NCBI RefSeq assembly: GCF_009914755.1
Contig: NC_060944.1
DNA: 64,000 bases
Direction: 5' to 3' (one strand)
Source of the DNA: the human T2T-CHM13v2.0 reference genome, Homo sapiens
Below are positions 62,765-64,000 of this stretch, piece by piece. The translations under genes were made by a program, and so were the position numbers. The notes under the pieces are model-generated. The model was not told where the DNA came from. It made no database searches and saw only the letters and a list, made by a program, of their open reading frames with translations. Position 1 is the first letter of the stretch. The number at the start of each line of letters is the position of its first letter.

Positions 62765-63510
62765 TGCCTTATATCCTTAAGCATCAGAGAAATAAATATT
62801 AAAACCAGGATGAAGTATATTTTACTGCTATTAGAATGGATAAAATTTTAAATGACTGAAAATACCAAATGCTAGTAAGGATATGAGTAAATGGACCTCT
62901 TGTAATTGCTGACCACTTTGAAAAGCTATTTGACAGTTTCAGGCAAGTTAAACATAAACCTTATGACCCAGCGATTCTTTCCCTAGGAATTTACTCAAGA
63001 GAAATGAAAAAACATTTATACAAAGACTTGCATAAAAATGTTCACAGTAGTTTTATTCTCAATGGCTAAAAACTGGAAACAATCAAATGCAATCATTGGG
63101 AGAGTGTATAAACAATTATGGTGTCTGCATACAATGGAACACTATATAACAGTCAGAAGGAATTAGATAATTGATATACATAATAACATAGATGATTCTC
63201 AAAAACATTATGCTGATAAAAAGAAGCAAAGAAAAAAAAAGAGTAACTACTGTTCATTAATACTGTGTTTCATTGATTTCAGTTCTATGAAGTTCTAGGA
63301 TGAACAATTGGTAGCAGTAGAAATTAAAACAGCAGTTTGCTCCTGGGGTGAGAGGCAGATGACTAGAAATGGGCATGGGGAAAATGTTTGAGTTCATGGA
63401 AAGGTTCTAGATATTGATTGAGGTGTTGGCTACATAGCTTTATGCTTGTCACAACTTGTCCATTGCAGATGTAATTGTTTTATATTTTATTGTATGTAAA
63501 TTTTGTTTAA
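62765..63510 (+). mobile_element. L1MC/ME 3' region
   Basis: TATGACCCAGCGATTC...CCTAGGAATTTACTCAAGAGAAATG. Confidence 0.8.
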
Positions 63511-63649
63511 AAAATTAGAAAATAAAAACCAAGGAAGAAAGATTATGGCATGAAGAAAACATTAAACAAGGGGTTTTATCTTGCCTTTTGACCCCAAATT
63601 CCATACCCTAGAATTTATTCTAGAACAGAAAAAAAGACCCATGCACAAA

Positions 63650-64000
63650 ATGATATTTATTGACTCACTAAATATTTATTGAGCACCTTATATGCCAGGA
63701 ACTTAGAGCCTAGGGGCATAATGGTAAGCTAAAAACACAACAAAAAGCAATAAACAAACAAACAGTAAGAAACATGATGTAGAGTTTAATGAGAAAGAAA
63801 GTCATTCATTATAAAGTCACCTAAATCAATACAGAATCACACCTGTGTTAGGGGCTGCAAAGAAGTGCATAATGATATGGCAGCATTGAGTTGAAAATGT
63901 TGATCTTGTCAGGAGGTTGGAAAGATCATCCATAAAGAAAAGATAATAGGGCTGGGATGTGAAAGGCAAATAGGGGTTTGAGGAGGAAGAGTGGAAAGAG
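63650..64000. mobile_element. L2
   Basis: AAATATTTATTGAGCACC...ATGCCAGG. Confidence 0.7.

Overview
Primate (human-like) nuclear DNA, AT-rich and repeat-dense, probably intergenic or deep intronic. I cannot support any host protein-coding exon, tRNA, rRNA or CpG-island promoter. Almost all ORF-track entries are Alu, L1, L2 or LTR read-through; the exception is a decayed Hsmar2 mariner transposase. The window holds about 20 Alu/FLAM elements, L1 fragments of many ages (one with twin-priming inversion), many solo ERV1/ERVL/MaLR LTRs (nested cluster at 49-62 kb) and Tigger/MER/Hsmar2 DNA transposons. Four structures are not explained by repeats. (1) A ~0.5 kb insert splits an old L1 at 17.3-17.8 kb, is bounded by an 8-bp direct repeat, and is filled almost end to end by one ATG-to-TGA frame broken only by two TAG codons. 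(2) An ungapped, transversion-rich 146-bp duplicate pair lies at 11.4 and 12.6 kb. (3) A Y-shaped double-hairpin fold lies at 26.0 kb. (4) A 126-bp inverted templated insertion lies at 15.2-15.7 kb. Repeat subfamily names come from memory of consensus sequences, and old-repeat boundaries are approximate.
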